A DNA stretch of 63,996 nucleotides, filler included, from Thraustochytrium aureum (taxonomy: Eukaryota), in assembly GCA_012862495.1 (NCBI GenBank). It is 4 parts of 3 records of this genome, joined end to end, with 100 filler letters (N's around TTAATTAATTAA, not from the genome) between each part and the next. Parts side by side here need not be neighbours in the genome. Positions count along the whole stretch, not along the records: positions 1 to 17,136 come from BLSG01000073.1; 3 more parts are not named here. The stretch is one strand, 5' to 3'. The notes under the pieces are model-generated. The model had not been told where the DNA came from, did no database searches, and saw only the letters and a program-made list of their open reading frames with translations. Made by a program: the position numbers and the translations under genes. Positions 1 to 11,341 of the stretch are shown here, in pieces (positions within the stretch are counted from its first letter, which is position 1; every line of letters begins with the position of its first letter).

Positions 1-1202
1 AGAGTGCGCGTGGACAGACACAAAAAACGTGTTGCGCACGTTTGCGATTGCCTTGGTGTATGCGACCCCGCACGAGCTCCCAACGTTCGAGTTGTCCCGT
101 TGCTCGAGCATAGGCAGCGGCGAGCAATCGCACCGCAACGGGAACAACGTTGCAAGGGTCCGGTTTGCGCCCTCCACGGGCTTGCTGACCTCATCGCCGT
201 GTACACGTGCGTAGCAAACCTCCTCGTGCCCGAGGTGGGTCGCTGCCAGCGCTGCAGCCAATGCAACGCGGACGTCCGACTTGCTGCGCTGCATAGGAAT
301 CAGGATCTCGTCAAAATCAGAGACAAACAGGTAGCGATCGCCAAACCGTCTCGCGTTGTGCAACGCCATCTGGTACGCAGGAATTCTGCAAGTGCCAAGT
401 GCCACAAAATCGCCGTCGTGGGGGTCAAACCCGAGCTGGCCAATCGCAAAGACGGTTACGAAGCCAGAGGCAATCCAATCTGCGAGCGCCACGCGGTACT
501 CTGTGACGGTGTCGGACTTTGCGTCGGCGCAGATGCCCAGGTAAACGTGCTCTAAGCGGATGTTCCACGCGTGCTTGACCAATTCGTTCGCAAACGGCGT
601 AAATGAAGTCACGGCGGAGACGGTGCTGAGACTCAACGTGGGGTCCTGCTGGCGAGCGTCTCCGCCGCCGAAGCCCGACACGGGTTCTGGCGCCGGCAGA
701 GCGCGCCGCGTGCTCCAGGCCCACGCGCTACTCCTCGGGCGCTCGTCCAAGGAAACAGGAAGGTTTTCCAGGCTGGGCACTTCGCATATTCGCACGTCCA
801 GCCTGGCGCAAAGCGTCGGGCAAGTCAGTACAAGCCAAATATGGCACGTTGAGCTGGCCACGCGGCAAGCGTGCGGGAAAGGGCTGGGCGTCGTCCAGCA
901 CTTACATGTTGTCTCCGACTTGGCCGCTTCGCTTCGGCACGCGAAAACAGCGCACGTCGCAGTCCTCGAACACCTTTGGCAGGATTGCACCCACGTCGGC
1001 AATATGGTCCACATCCGCCCGTGCGAGCCCCAGAGCAGAAACGCGGTCTACCATGACAAGCTTGCCAACTGCAGGCCCGGCGGGGGCTCTCGGGGCGACG
1101 CGAGAGACCGTATCGCCCCGAAAGCCAACGAGGACAAAGGAGCTTGCGTTGATCCACTGCAGGTCTAGAAGCTGCACGTGCACATCCGCGTGCCAGCCCG
1201 TG
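1..1202 (-). CDS. Putative glycosyltransferase, GT92/DUF23-like (partial; intron 803-905; runs off the window edge and into an N-gap)
   Basis: Manual minus-strand translation. GTAAGT donor at 905, TACTGAC branch site and CAG acceptor at 803 join ORF 902..1202 to an open frame reading ...LEHVYLGI...DWIASGFVTV...YLFVSDFDEILIP...YTKAIANVRNTFFVSVH. The DxDE motif and the K-x-I...VH motif resemble GT92/DUF23. Confidence 0.55.
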
Positions 1203-1901
1203 NNNNNNNNNNNNNNNNNNNNNNNNNNNNNNNNNNNNNNNNNNNNNNNNNNNNNNNNNNNNNNNNNNNNNNNNNNNNNNNNNNNNNNNNNNNNNNNNNN
1301 NNNNNNNNNNNNNNNNNNNNNNNNNNNNNNNNNNNNNNNNNNNNNNNNNNNNNNNNNNNNNNNNNNNNNNNNNNNNNNNNNNNNNNNNNNNNNNNNNNNN
1401 NNNNNNNNNNNNNNNNNNNNNNNNNNNNNNNNNNNNNNNNNNNNNNNNNNNNNNNNNNNNNNNNNNNNNNNNNNNNNNNNNNNNNNNNNNNNNNNNNNNN
1501 NNNNNNNNNNNNNNNNNNNNNNNNNNNNNNNNNNNNNNNNNNNNNNNNNNNNNNNNNNNNNNNNNNNNNNNNNNNNNNNNNNNNNNNNNNNNNNNNNNNN
1601 NNNNNNNNNNNNNNNNNNNNNNNNNNNNNNNNNNNNNNNNNNNNNNNNNNNNNNNGAGGCGTCGCAAGCCGTGGAGCTGCGCGCATTGCCGAGACCGCCA
1701 ACGCGACTCGCAGCCCTCCAGCTCCCAGCGCTGCGCCGACGCACGGCGCCGAGCGGCAGCGCGCAGTCCGCCAAGGCCGCTTGAGTTCGCGAGAGTCGCG
1801 GCGTTCTGCGCGGCTCAGGAGCCTCCGGGAGAGCAGCGAGGAGATCGTGGCGGTGCGGCGCCGGATTGTGTGGCCAGCAGGCGCAGCCCTCGAGGCCGAC
1901 C

Positions 1902-3290
1902 ATGGCCGAGGTCGCTGTGGACGGCGCTGCGGCGACGCAAGAGAGGTACTGGAAATGGGTCGCCAAGTGCGGCGGCAAGGTGAGGTCCGATTTAGTCGAG
2001 GTCTACGAGTTTACGGACGGGACGGGGCGCGGTGTGAGGGCGCGCAGCGATATCGAGGCCGGCACCGTTCTCGTTGACGTCCCCGACGGCGCGCTCGTGT
2101 CTGCGGACAATGTATGCGAAAAACTGGCACCCAAAGCGTTGAGAACAGTGCTCAAGACGGCCCTGAAACAACGCAAAGTCTCGGAGACGGACCTGCTGGC
2201 GCTCTTCCTGATGTGGGCGCGGGCGAACTCTGACAAGCTCGAACCCGAGTTTGCCGCGTACTTGGACATCCTCCCTGCCGTGCAAGAAGGGCCCTCGGCG
2301 CTCAACCAGACCATGTTTTGGACCGAGGAGGAGCTAGGCCTTCTCGCAGGCACCGACTCGCTGCAGATCGCGATCAAGCTCAAGCAGCAGGTTCGCGAGG
2401 ATTTCGGCCAGCTCTTGCACGACGTGCTGATGCCCAACCAGAGGCTGTTTCCGCTCGAGAGCGAGAGCGCCGCGTCAGGGCCGTCGGCGTTCACTTATCG
2501 CGAGTACAAGTGGGCGCTGGGCATCCTGTGGTCGCGCGGGATGGACTTTCAGAACTCCAGGGGCGGCAACCTCAAGAGCTTCCGCGCTATGGTGCCGTTT
2601 GCCGACCTGTTCAACACCGACTTTGCCGGGCCAGTGACCCACCGCCACAACGCGGCGACGAGGTCGGTGCAGGTCCTGGCCAAGGACAACTACCGCGCCG
2701 GTGACCAGGTTTTCATAAACTACTCGCCAACAAGCAACACCCGCCTCGCGCAGCTGTACGGGTTTGCCCTCCGCCCGCCGCGCAACGCCCCCAACGAGAG
2801 CGTCCAGCTCTGGGCGGTCATGAACCCGCAGACGCCGGGATATGCTGAAGCACAGCAACGCATTGCGCTGGCGCTCCCAGGTTTGGACCCGAACCGGCAG
2901 CCGTTCTTGCTCACGGAGCAGGACCCAGTTCCGGCTGCGTTGCTCGCGGCTCTTCACTGCCAGCGCGACTTGCCGGTGCCCGGACCCCAGTGCCAGCCCA
3001 CTGCAACCGTAATCGCAGAGCTGCACAGCGCACTAGTTGAGCGCAAGCAGAGCTTTTTCAACCGAGGGGATCGGCTCGAGGACCTCAAGCTCGCCATGGC
3101 GGCGGCTACATTGTCGGAGCGCGAGCGCATCGCGCTCTACGTCCGAATGACGGAGACGCGCATCCTGGACAAGGCGATTCAATATCTCGAGGGTCTCTTG
3201 GCCACGTCTGACCCCTCGCCGCCGCCAGCAGCTCCTGGCGCTGCGCCGCCCATGCCGGCGGCACTCGCAGACCTGGAGGCCATGGACTGA
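1902..3290 (+). CDS. SET-domain protein, Rubisco LSMT/SETD3/SETD6-like lysine methyltransferase
   Basis: GRGVRARSDIEAG, FAAYLDILP, WTEEELGLLAGT, WALGILWSR, MVPFADLFN, GDQVFINY and LYGF motifs, followed by a helical substrate-binding-like C-terminus. Confidence 0.88.
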   Translation: MAEVAVDGAAATQERYWKWVAKCGGKVRSDLVEVYEFTDGTGRGVRARSDIEAGTVLVDVPDGALVSADNVCEKLAPKALRTVLKTALKQRKVSETDLLALFLMWARANSDKLEPEFAAYLDILPAVQEGPSALNQTMFWTEEELGLLAGTDSLQIAIKLKQQVREDFGQLLHDVLMPNQRLFPLESESAASGPSAFTYREYKWALGILWSRGMDFQNSRGGNLKSFRAMVPFADLFNTDFAGPVTHRHNAATRSVQVLAKDNYRAGDQVFINYSPTSNTRLAQLYGFALRPPRNAPNESVQLWAVMNPQTPGYAEAQQRIALALPGLDPNRQPFLLTEQDPVPAALLAALHCQRDLPVPGPQCQPTATVIAELHSALVERKQSFFNRGDRLEDLKLAMAAATLSERERIALYVRMTETRILDKAIQYLEGLLATSDPSPPPAAPGAAPPMPAALADLEAMD

Positions 3291-4026
3291 GGGTTGAAAG
3301 TCAAGCGACCGATGAGCGACTTGGCTCACTATCTGCAGTTGACACGTCGAGAGACGGCACGCCTTCAAGCAGGCGACTAGTTCAGAGCGCTCCATGCGAG
3401 AACTCACGATCGACCCTGTGGGCTGGCTGATGAGCAGCCGAGAGCAGCAAGGCCTGACCAGCGCGAATCCCATTCTCGCAAGGTATTTCCCACGAGAAAA
3501 GAAAATGAGATCCAAACAGCTCACAAGCGGCGGCCTGCACGGTCTTCTCCTCCCAATGCGGGCTGCGGCCGCGACGGTGAGCAGGGCCAGTGAACGCAAC
3601 AAGAAATGGAATGGAATGTCCCTTGCCCAAACGGCCTCGGCGGGTCTTGTTTTTTTGTCCTCATATTTTTTACGATGTCAATATCACACCAGACCGCGGG
3701 CCAAAATGTACCCCCAGCATTGGTCCGGCACTCTTGTCGTCTTGTACGAGTAGAGCGAGCTTGGGTGATTGATCGCTCGCTCGCTCGCTGGGCTGCTGCG
3801 CAACGCTCATGTCCCGCTCGTTTTCCACTCGTTTTTCCTCTCACGTGGGCGTTTTAGAATGTCCCGCGCCGTTTCCGTGCCCTGGCCGGCTCTCCTTGGG
3901 CTGGCTTATTCGGCCGAGTCGTTTTGCTCTGTGACGCCGCCCAACAGCGTGTTGCTGTCTCAGCGCCTCGGAGCAAATCCCCGTTTCGAAACCGCGTCGG
4001 CAGCCTCATCGAGATCGAGCCCGAGT

Positions 4027-4139
4027 AAACGCATCGCAAAGGCATCGCAAAGGCATCGCAAAGGCATCGCAAACGCATCGCAAACGCATCGCAAACGCAT
4101 CGCAAACGCATCCCAAACGCACCGCAAAGGCACCGCAAA
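4027..4139. repeat. 11-bp tandem repeat (AAA[C/G]GCATCGC), about 10 copies
   Basis: Directly visible; the last copies are degenerate. Confidence 0.95.
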
Positions 4140-4580
4140 ATGAAGCTCCTGGGTCGAAGGGGCCGCGCGATCTCGCGAAAGGACGAGCTGTTGCTTGCCG
4201 TAGACGACGGCTCGTACCTGAGTCAGAGGCTCGACGACTTGGAGCTGCTGCATTCCCTTCCCACAACTAGCGACGACGAGTGGCGGCTAGAGTGCGATTC
4301 AGCGCCGCCAAGTCAAGCGCGCGACGGTGCGCATCGAGCCCCGCCAGCCATCCAGCGCAGGAAGCGGAGCGGGGTCTTTCGCCTCGCGAGCCGGAACCGC
4401 ACTGGCGAGATCTTGCCAGAGCAGTTCGACGGTCGCGTCGACATCGACAGGGTAGACGCCTTGGCACGGTTCCAGCTCGAAGACGAGGACGAGGACGAGG
4501 AGGCGGACGCGCAACAGTTGGTTCAGCCCATGACGCCGCAAGGTTACCAGCCAGGCATGTACGCAATACTCGACTTTTGA
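4140..4580 (+). CDS. Hypothetical protein (146 aa)
   Basis: ATG-initiated ORF with protein-like composition and an acidic tract; no recognisable domain. Confidence 0.45.
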   Translation: MKLLGRRGRAISRKDELLLAVDDGSYLSQRLDDLELLHSLPTTSDDEWRLECDSAPPSQARDGAHRAPPAIQRRKRSGVFRLASRNRTGEILPEQFDGRVDIDRVDALARFQLEDEDEDEEADAQQLVQPMTPQGYQPGMYAILDF

Positions 4581-4709
4581 CAGCAGGAGAAACGCACCGG
4601 AAGACAATATGAAAGCACTCTTCGTAGTTGTGACATTTTAAGAGAATGCATAGCCGGCTTGCCGGCCCCTTCTTGCTTTCCTAACGTCGTCCGCGGCGGC
4701 GACAAAGGT

Positions 4710-5998
4710 TCAAAACCTGTTGGAGCCGGAGCCAAAGGCCCAATTGAGCAAAATTGAAACTCGATAAACGCCCATGAGAACCCCAGCAAGCGCGACAAAA
4801 ATCCCGCGCCTCCAGCTCGGCCCATCCAACGTGCTGCGCGAAAGAGCAGCGCGGTCGAGGCGGTCCACGTCTGCCTGCGCGAGCCGCCATCCGAGGCTCC
4901 CAAGCGTGTCGTTGGCTTGCTTGACAGACCTGCAACCGACGAGCGGGACCGTCCCATGACAGATGCACCAGTTAATGCAGACCTGGGCCATGGTCTTCCC
5001 CTCCCGCTGGGCAATTTCTTTGATCACCCCGCGCAAGCTCTGCAGCTGGTCCCACGTCAGCCCAGTCATTTTGGCGGGCCGGTTCGCCTGGAATCGCTCC
5101 GGTGTCAGCGAGTCGGTCAGGAGGCCCTGGCCAATCGGGCTGTACGCCACGACGGTCACGTTGAGCTCCTTGCAGGCAGCAACCGTGGCTCGTAACGTCG
5201 CCGAGTTGTAGTCGAGCATGTTGAACATGATCTGGTTGGTGGAGATCTCCAACCCAAAGGCTTTCCCTGCCGCGACGGCGCGCCGCACTTGGTCGGCATT
5301 GCAATTCGATAGCCCCATGCTCTTGAGCAAGCCTTTTTTCGCGCACTTCGCCGCAGCCTCGACCCAAAACTCGATCGGGCGCGGGTGTACGGGCGAGTGC
5401 AAAAAGTACACGTCACAACAGGACTGGCCGAGCCGGGCGAGGGACGCCCGCAAGGCGGCCTCGAACGAACTGTGCGTCCAACGAAACGGGGTCGGGAGGA
5501 ACTTTGTGGCCACGATTACAGGGAGCTTGGCCTCGGGCCCCTCCAGCCTGCCCTCAGCTCGCAGCTGGCGCATGACAAACCCAATGCGCTCCTCGCTGGT
5601 GCCTCCGCCGTAACCCTCTGCAGTGTCGAAGAAGCGCACGCCCCCTCGAGCTAGCTGCTCGAATATCGCGCTTGCCTGGGCATCTCTGATCCTGCCCCCA
5701 GGAATGAGGTGCTCTGCGCGCAGGGTCGCGAGTTAGTGAACGGTGAACGGTGCGTCCATCCCTGCATCCACCCGCCCATGCCAGGCCGGCCGTCCGATGC
5801 TGCGAGGCGCAACCAGGCAAGCAACAGGCAGGCAGGCAGGCAGGCAGGCAAGCAGCACGCGGCGCCCAAAAAGGCCCATCCACACTCACGGTCCACCCAC
5901 GTCGTGCCCCACTGGAGCGTGCCGATGCCGAGGGGCGTTGGCAGAAACAAGTCCGTGCCCCCGAGTCGCACGGGCTCTTCCTTGCAGACCCGCGCCAT
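4710..5998 (-). CDS. Aldo-keto reductase, pyridoxal-reductase-like (intron 5714-5889)
   Basis: Exon 1 has LGIGTLQWG. The GTGAGT...CTAAC...CAG intron restores the frame into FFDTAEGYG, VATKF, YFLHSP, GLSN, AYSPIGQGLL. Hydrophobic C-terminal tail. Confidence 0.92.
5816..5852. repeat. (GCAG)n microsatellite inside the AKR intron
   Basis: Visible GGCAGGCAGGCA tract. Confidence 0.9.
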
Positions 5999-6448
5999 CT
6001 TCTTGACCGTCCGCGGGCCCGCCAGCGCGCAGCGCCCACCTCGATCGCGCCGCGCCGCGCCACGGCTTTCCCTCCGTCAGCGCCGGCTCGCACTCACCTC
6101 TCCTCGCGCCTGCTCGTGGGGCCTTACGCGACTGCAGCCCCGCGACTCGGCGACTCTTGTTCGCCTGCTCGACCGGAAACACTGCGCACCTACTGACCCT
6201 CTAAATATCCCATACGCCCTCAGGTTTACATTTCGAAGCGTAATAGAGGGATATCGACGCGTTGACTCGGGATAGCGGGGGTATGTTTAGCCGAATGGCG
6301 GTGCGAACAGCGAGACAAAGGCGACGGTGGTATAGGGGTTGTTCATTGCGGCGTTTAGAGAGTCACGTCACGTTGAACATTAGGTATACTGCAAACGAAG
6401 GAATGAAGAGCCGATGACAGCGGGCAACTCGACCTACCCGTACCGCGC

Positions 6449-7597
6449 TCAGGAGCGGGACGGGGCGCGCTCCCCGACGTCTTTGAACATCATGCCCGTG
6501 AAAAGGCCCTTGCCTTTGGCGAGGCTAACCAAGAATTTGCCGATCGAAAAGATTGGAAGGGCTCCGACGCCGTGCGATTTACCGAGGGTGACGAACATGA
6601 TCGGCTTATTCGCAGGGTGCGCCTTGTGCTTGGCCTTGAGCGGCGCGTTCGACACCGCGCTGGTCACGTTCTTGACAACCACGCTGACGTGCACGTTGCC
6701 AAAGACAAAGCTCTTTTCTTCCATGACGTCACAGACGTCACCCACGGCAAAGACGTTCGGAGCCACAACACTCTGTAGCGAATCATTCACTTTGACAAGG
6801 CCGCCCTCATTGAGCCACTCGCTCGGCAGCGCCTGTGTGTTGGGCGTGGTTCCAACACAGAGAACAACGAGGTCACACTCTACCTTGCCACCATTCGACA
6901 AGCTCAGCGTGCGCTCGCCTGCGAGCATTATTGCGCCGTCCTTGAGCTCCGCAGGCAGCTCCGCTTTCGCGTCGCACACAGTTTCTATCTTGCGGCTCTT
7001 GAGCTGCTTGTTGAGCTTGCTGTAAAACGCGGCGGGCAAAATCAGGCGGCCGTGTCCCTCTCTGTGGCCGAGGATCTGCTTGCCGCTGTGCACGATGGTG
7101 ATCTTTTTGTCCTTGTACAGGTCACGGATCTCGCCTGCAAACTCCACGCCGACTACGCCGCCCCCGATAATGGCAATGTTCTTGGCCTTCCGTACTGCCG
7201 CGCCGATCGCAGACTGGTGCTGGTAAATCTGCCCGGCAGACTTTGCCGAGACCGGGGGTTCGCCGGGGCTCGTATTGTGCGACCCGGTTGCGATCACGAG
7301 GTAGTCGTAGTTCAGCTCCTTCCCGGAGTCGAGCGTGACCTTTGAGGCGTCCACCGACGTGGCCTCGCCAACGACGACTTTGCCCTTCTTCAAAAGGTGA
7401 TCGCGTGGGATTGTTGTGGACTTTTGCCACTTCGCATCAACCGCTGCGCGAAGTCCCGCAATTTTGTGGATTGACACTTCGCGCCTGTCCACAAGCGTCA
7501 CCCTGACCTTGCCGCTCTTGTCTAAGGCCCTGGCCACTCGGGACCCAACGTAGCCTCCTCCGAGCACAACCACAGTCTTGGGCTCTGGGTTTGGCAT
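6449..7597 (-). CDS. FAD/NAD(P)H oxidoreductase, AIFM2/FSP1/AMID-like
   Basis: VVVLGGGYVG, YDYLVIATGS, IAIIGGGVVGVEFAGE and NVFAVGD motifs. Confidence 0.9.
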   Translation of the reverse strand: MPNPEPKTVVVLGGGYVGSRVARALDKSGKVRVTLVDRREVSIHKIAGLRAAVDAKWQKSTTIPRDHLLKKGKVVVGEATSVDASKVTLDSGKELNYDYLVIATGSHNTSPGEPPVSAKSAGQIYQHQSAIGAAVRKAKNIAIIGGGVVGVEFAGEIRDLYKDKKITIVHSGKQILGHREGHGRLILPAAFYSKLNKQLKSRKIETVCDAKAELPAELKDGAIMLAGERTLSLSNGGKVECDLVVLCVGTTPNTQALPSEWLNEGGLVKVNDSLQSVVAPNVFAVGDVCDVMEEKSFVFGNVHVSVVVKNVTSAVSNAPLKAKHKAHPANKPIMFVTLGKSHGVGALPIFSIGKFLVSLAKGKGLFTGMMFKDVGERAPSRS

Positions 7598-8826
7598 CCT
7601 GGTTTGGGTGTCGCTTGCTGTCCTCTTCCTTTCTTGCACGTGAGCGCACCGGTGCAACCTCGTGCCGCTTCAACGCGCTTCAACGCGCTTTGCTTGCTTG
7701 ATGAAAACGTGCTTGCGTTGTGGCTTGCGTTGTGGGATTGCTCTCGGTCGGCGCGCGCCTTGCGATCGGCTGGACGCCTCAACCAGCAGCTGACCCTAAC
7801 TGTTTTGGTGTGCACAAGCCCAGCTTGGAAGGCCTCGAAACCTAACCCAACGGCAAACTTGCGCGTCAGACTACGAGGGTCGGCGGAGGTACACCGTGCG
7901 GCCAATTGATGCCAGATTCCGTGAGGTGCTGTGACAAACTTTCCCGAGCTGCGCGACTCCGCCCCCCATCGATGGCTCGAAGCGGCCGTCGCGGACGACG
8001 GCTACATGCGGTTGCCTCCTGCGGCCAATTCGCGCCAGTTTCCGGGGCAGAGTTTTTATTTCAAGCACCAATCACCAAGCATCGGTGCGAAGCGGCCGTC
8101 GCGGACAACGGGGGACAACGGGCTGTTTTGTGGGAGCTGTCAAGTACTGTGTCTGCGTTGGTTCGTTTGCCACGCGGTCAATTCGAGTCTGTTTCCGTGA
8201 GGCGCCCTGGCAAGCAGGTAGTGGCGCGGTCGGCGTGCTTGCGGTCGGAGCAAGGTCGGAGTGCTTGCGGCGGGAGGTGCGGCGCGGCCCGTCTCCCTGA
8301 CGTGTCGATCTGCCATGATGGCGTGGGTTGCCCAACTCGATCCGCACTGCCACGCCCCTTTGATCATCATGACAAGACGCTCAACGAAAGAAAGTGGTGG
8401 TGGACACCTGAGGTTCCCTTCATCCTCCGTTGTCACTACTGAGTAGAGCAGAGGGTACCTTACTACTAGTATCCTACTTCGGCGGGCTCGAGCGCTCGCA
8501 CCTCAGTCCTGCCAAGGAGGGATCCCCCTTGGTCCTGCCGTTGACGCGAACGAGGCGTCCGACAGCAGTCTTCGCTGGCGCGGCGCCTGTCCGACGGCGG
8601 TCTTGGTGTTCCGAATAGGTGGGACACAAGAACAGGCGAAGCGTCGTCGAGGCGGTGGTCGCGGCCCAGGTCGCCCCACAACGCATCAAAAAATAGGTTT
8701 TGCATGCGTGCACCAAGCGCCGAGTCCAACGCGGCGATCGATCAAGAGGCCTTGCGGTTTTGCGCCTTGCGGTTTTGGACCCTGCGAGGTTGAGTGGTCT
8801 GTTGAACGCACTGCTGCGGGAGAGCG

Positions 8827-10224
8827 ATGGCTGCAGTCGCAGCGGACTCTGGCCTTGAGCGGCTTGACGGGCTTCAGGTTGTGTCAACACTCAGCAAAGG
8901 GCGCGCTCTCGTCGCCACGCGAGCGTTCAAAGTCGGCGCGAAGCTTCTCGAGGACGAGGCGTTCGTTGTGGCAAGCTTGGACACAGAGTTCTGCGCAGCA
9001 TGCCTGGATGTGCACGACCCTGACGAGGCTGGGGACACGCCGTGCCCTCATGTTGTCGAGCTCTTCGGCAAGCAGCTTGCTGCTGAACTGGCCGAGACGG
9101 AGGACGAGCTGTCGAGCGTGGAAGGCATCGACGAGCTCGACCGCGCCCGCTCAGTTCTGCTCTGCATCGCCAAAGGCGCGCAGGTGCTTCGGAGCGACTT
9201 GGCCACGCTCACCGTGGCCCGGCCCGCAAACGCCGCACGGGCCGCCGATGAGGCGTTGGCGATCCCCGCGGTGGCCAGCTTTGCCAGAGCCAAGGGAGTG
9301 GACGCCGCTCTGCTTGCACACGTGATCGGCGTGCTCAACACGAACTCGCACACGCTCGAGATTATGGGGGGTTCCGGGCTGTTCCTGCGGGGCTGCTTGT
9401 GCGAGCACAGCTGCGAGCCCAACTGCACTTTCAGCAACAAAGGGACGTCACAGTTGATGATTATCGCGCTGCGAGATATTGAGCCCGGCGAGAGCGTGTC
9501 GCTTGACTACCTCAACCTGTTTCTCGACCCAACTGCAGCACGGCTCGAAGCGCTCCAGGAGCTCTATGGGTTTCGCTGCGTCTGCGCGCGCTGCACGGGG
9601 AGCTCCCCCGACCTCGTCCGCGCTTTCCACTGTCCGCAAGCGAGTAACCCTTCTTTGCCGGGCGACCATGTCGTCTGTGCGTTTGGCGGCGCCGACACCG
9701 AGGACTTTCGCTGCCTCCATCCTTCATGCGGGTTCCGCGCGACGCCCGACCACGTCGCGGCGTTCAAAGCGGCAGAGGCGGCCGCTGAGGCGGCTATTGA
9801 GGCAGCTGCTGAGGCGGAAGCTGACATTCGCCGAGTCATTGCTTCTATCGCGCTGCTTCGGCCAGAGCACCACATCTGCTTTCGAGCCTTGGAGGAGAGC
9901 GCAAGTCATCTGGCCGCGGCCCCAGGGCCAGTAATGCTGTCTACGGTCGAGCTGTGGCACGATGTGGTCCGCTGCGTGGAGGCTGTCACGCCTGCTGTGC
10001 ATCACGAGCGCGTAATTCACCTTGACAAGCTCGCGCAAGTCCTCTTTCGAAGCGGGAACCGCATCGCCGCCCACCAAGCATTTGAGAAGGCCCGCGATCT
10101 TGCTTTGATTTGCGCTGGCTCGGTCGAAGACTCTGGCCTCACGCGGCAGCTCGACGAACTGGTGCGCAATCTTCCCGAGACACTTGAAGATCTCATCGCG
10201 CACTACGCTGGCGTGTCCGCCTGA
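8827..10224 (+). CDS. SMYD-like SET-domain protein with helical (TPR-like) C-terminus
   Basis: KGRALVATRAFKVG, reduced CxxC, HSCEPNC, ALRDIEPGESVSLDY and post-SET YGFRCVCARC. Confidence 0.88.
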   Translation: MAAVAADSGLERLDGLQVVSTLSKGRALVATRAFKVGAKLLEDEAFVVASLDTEFCAACLDVHDPDEAGDTPCPHVVELFGKQLAAELAETEDELSSVEGIDELDRARSVLLCIAKGAQVLRSDLATLTVARPANAARAADEALAIPAVASFARAKGVDAALLAHVIGVLNTNSHTLEIMGGSGLFLRGCLCEHSCEPNCTFSNKGTSQLMIIALRDIEPGESVSLDYLNLFLDPTAARLEALQELYGFRCVCARCTGSSPDLVRAFHCPQASNPSLPGDHVVCAFGGADTEDFRCLHPSCGFRATPDHVAAFKAAEAAAEAAIEAAAEAEADIRRVIASIALLRPEHHICFRALEESASHLAAAPGPVMLSTVELWHDVVRCVEAVTPAVHHERVIHLDKLAQVLFRSGNRIAAHQAFEKARDLALICAGSVEDSGLTRQLDELVRNLPETLEDLIAHYAGVSA

Positions 10225-10391
10225 TCAAGCCCGCTGCTTTCAATCAATCAGATCAAATAACTTTTTTTTTAAATTTAAACAGCAGCGAGACGTCCATGTT
10301 GGTGCTGCCTGACCAAATAAAAGGTTCGGCAGCGCCGCTTCGTTCATCTTTTTGAGGTCGTCGCTCCCGTCCCTCGCCGTCAACACAAGAA

Positions 10392-11341
10392 ATGGCAGCG
10401 TCAACGACGTGGATCGTTCTCTTGCTCCTAGTAGCTTTCTCTGGACTACTCTCTAGAGCTAGAGGGAGCAGAGCTCGAGTGAGCGGCCTCTGCCGGAGCT
10501 GTCGCTATCCCGCTGTACTGGCCCCGGCCTGGACGCCCATATGTCCCCGGCACGCCAAATCGCCGCTCCGAACTCGCAGTGCGTTCTTGAGGAGCAACGC
10601 GACAACTTGGCTTGGGGAAAAGTCAAACTCTCGTCGCTTGAGGACCCTGCCACAGTGACGAGGCTGGGCCGTGCTCTTGCGCTGGACGCTGGCCCCCTCG
10701 GCGGCGAGCCCCGTCTGAGCGCCGCCGGCCTTCGTGGCCCACAGGCGGCACTTGCAACTCGTGCTGCACGAGAAAGCCGATCTGAACGTGAACCAGGCCA
10801 CGCCGAGCTCGCTGCACCGCCGCTTTGCGTTTGTTTGAGACGGCTTCAACTACCCTCGCGTTGCGCCACTTCAGGTCAGGCTGCTATGAACGGTATGATA
10901 AAGTACGTACCCAGGCTTCGTCCTTGTCGGGAGCACCAGACGCCAAGCGCACCAGTCCCACGTTGCGCAGCCCTCGCTCGAGCGCAGGCTGAGCCTGCTT
11001 GAACCGTTCGCGCTCGTCAGATGCGTGGTTGACAACGCCGTCCGTCACGACCTTCGTCCGCGCGCACGGACTTGCGCTGGCAAGGATTTGATCTGGACAC
11101 GGTCGGTCCACTCACGTCGCAGAGTCGACTTGCTGGCGAGGCGCTCACGGGGGAAAGCCAACGCCGGGGCCCTCGGGGCAGGACTGCGGGCAGAACCTAG
11201 ACAGCTGCGCATCGTCTGCAAAGCCGATGCGGACGCGGCGAAACTCGCAGCTCGGCGAGACGGCCCGGGCAGGCGGGCAGGCGACAGCGACGACGAGGGC
11301 TACCGCCAAGGCGGCTGGCGCCTCTGCTCGGACCCCGCGGC
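10392..11341 (+). CDS. Possible multi-exon secreted hypothetical protein (partial)
   Basis: Signal-peptide-like N-terminus MAASTTWIVLLLLVAFSGLLS; candidate donor sites near 10480 (GTGAGC) and 10903 (GTACGT). Exon structure not resolved. Confidence 0.3.
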
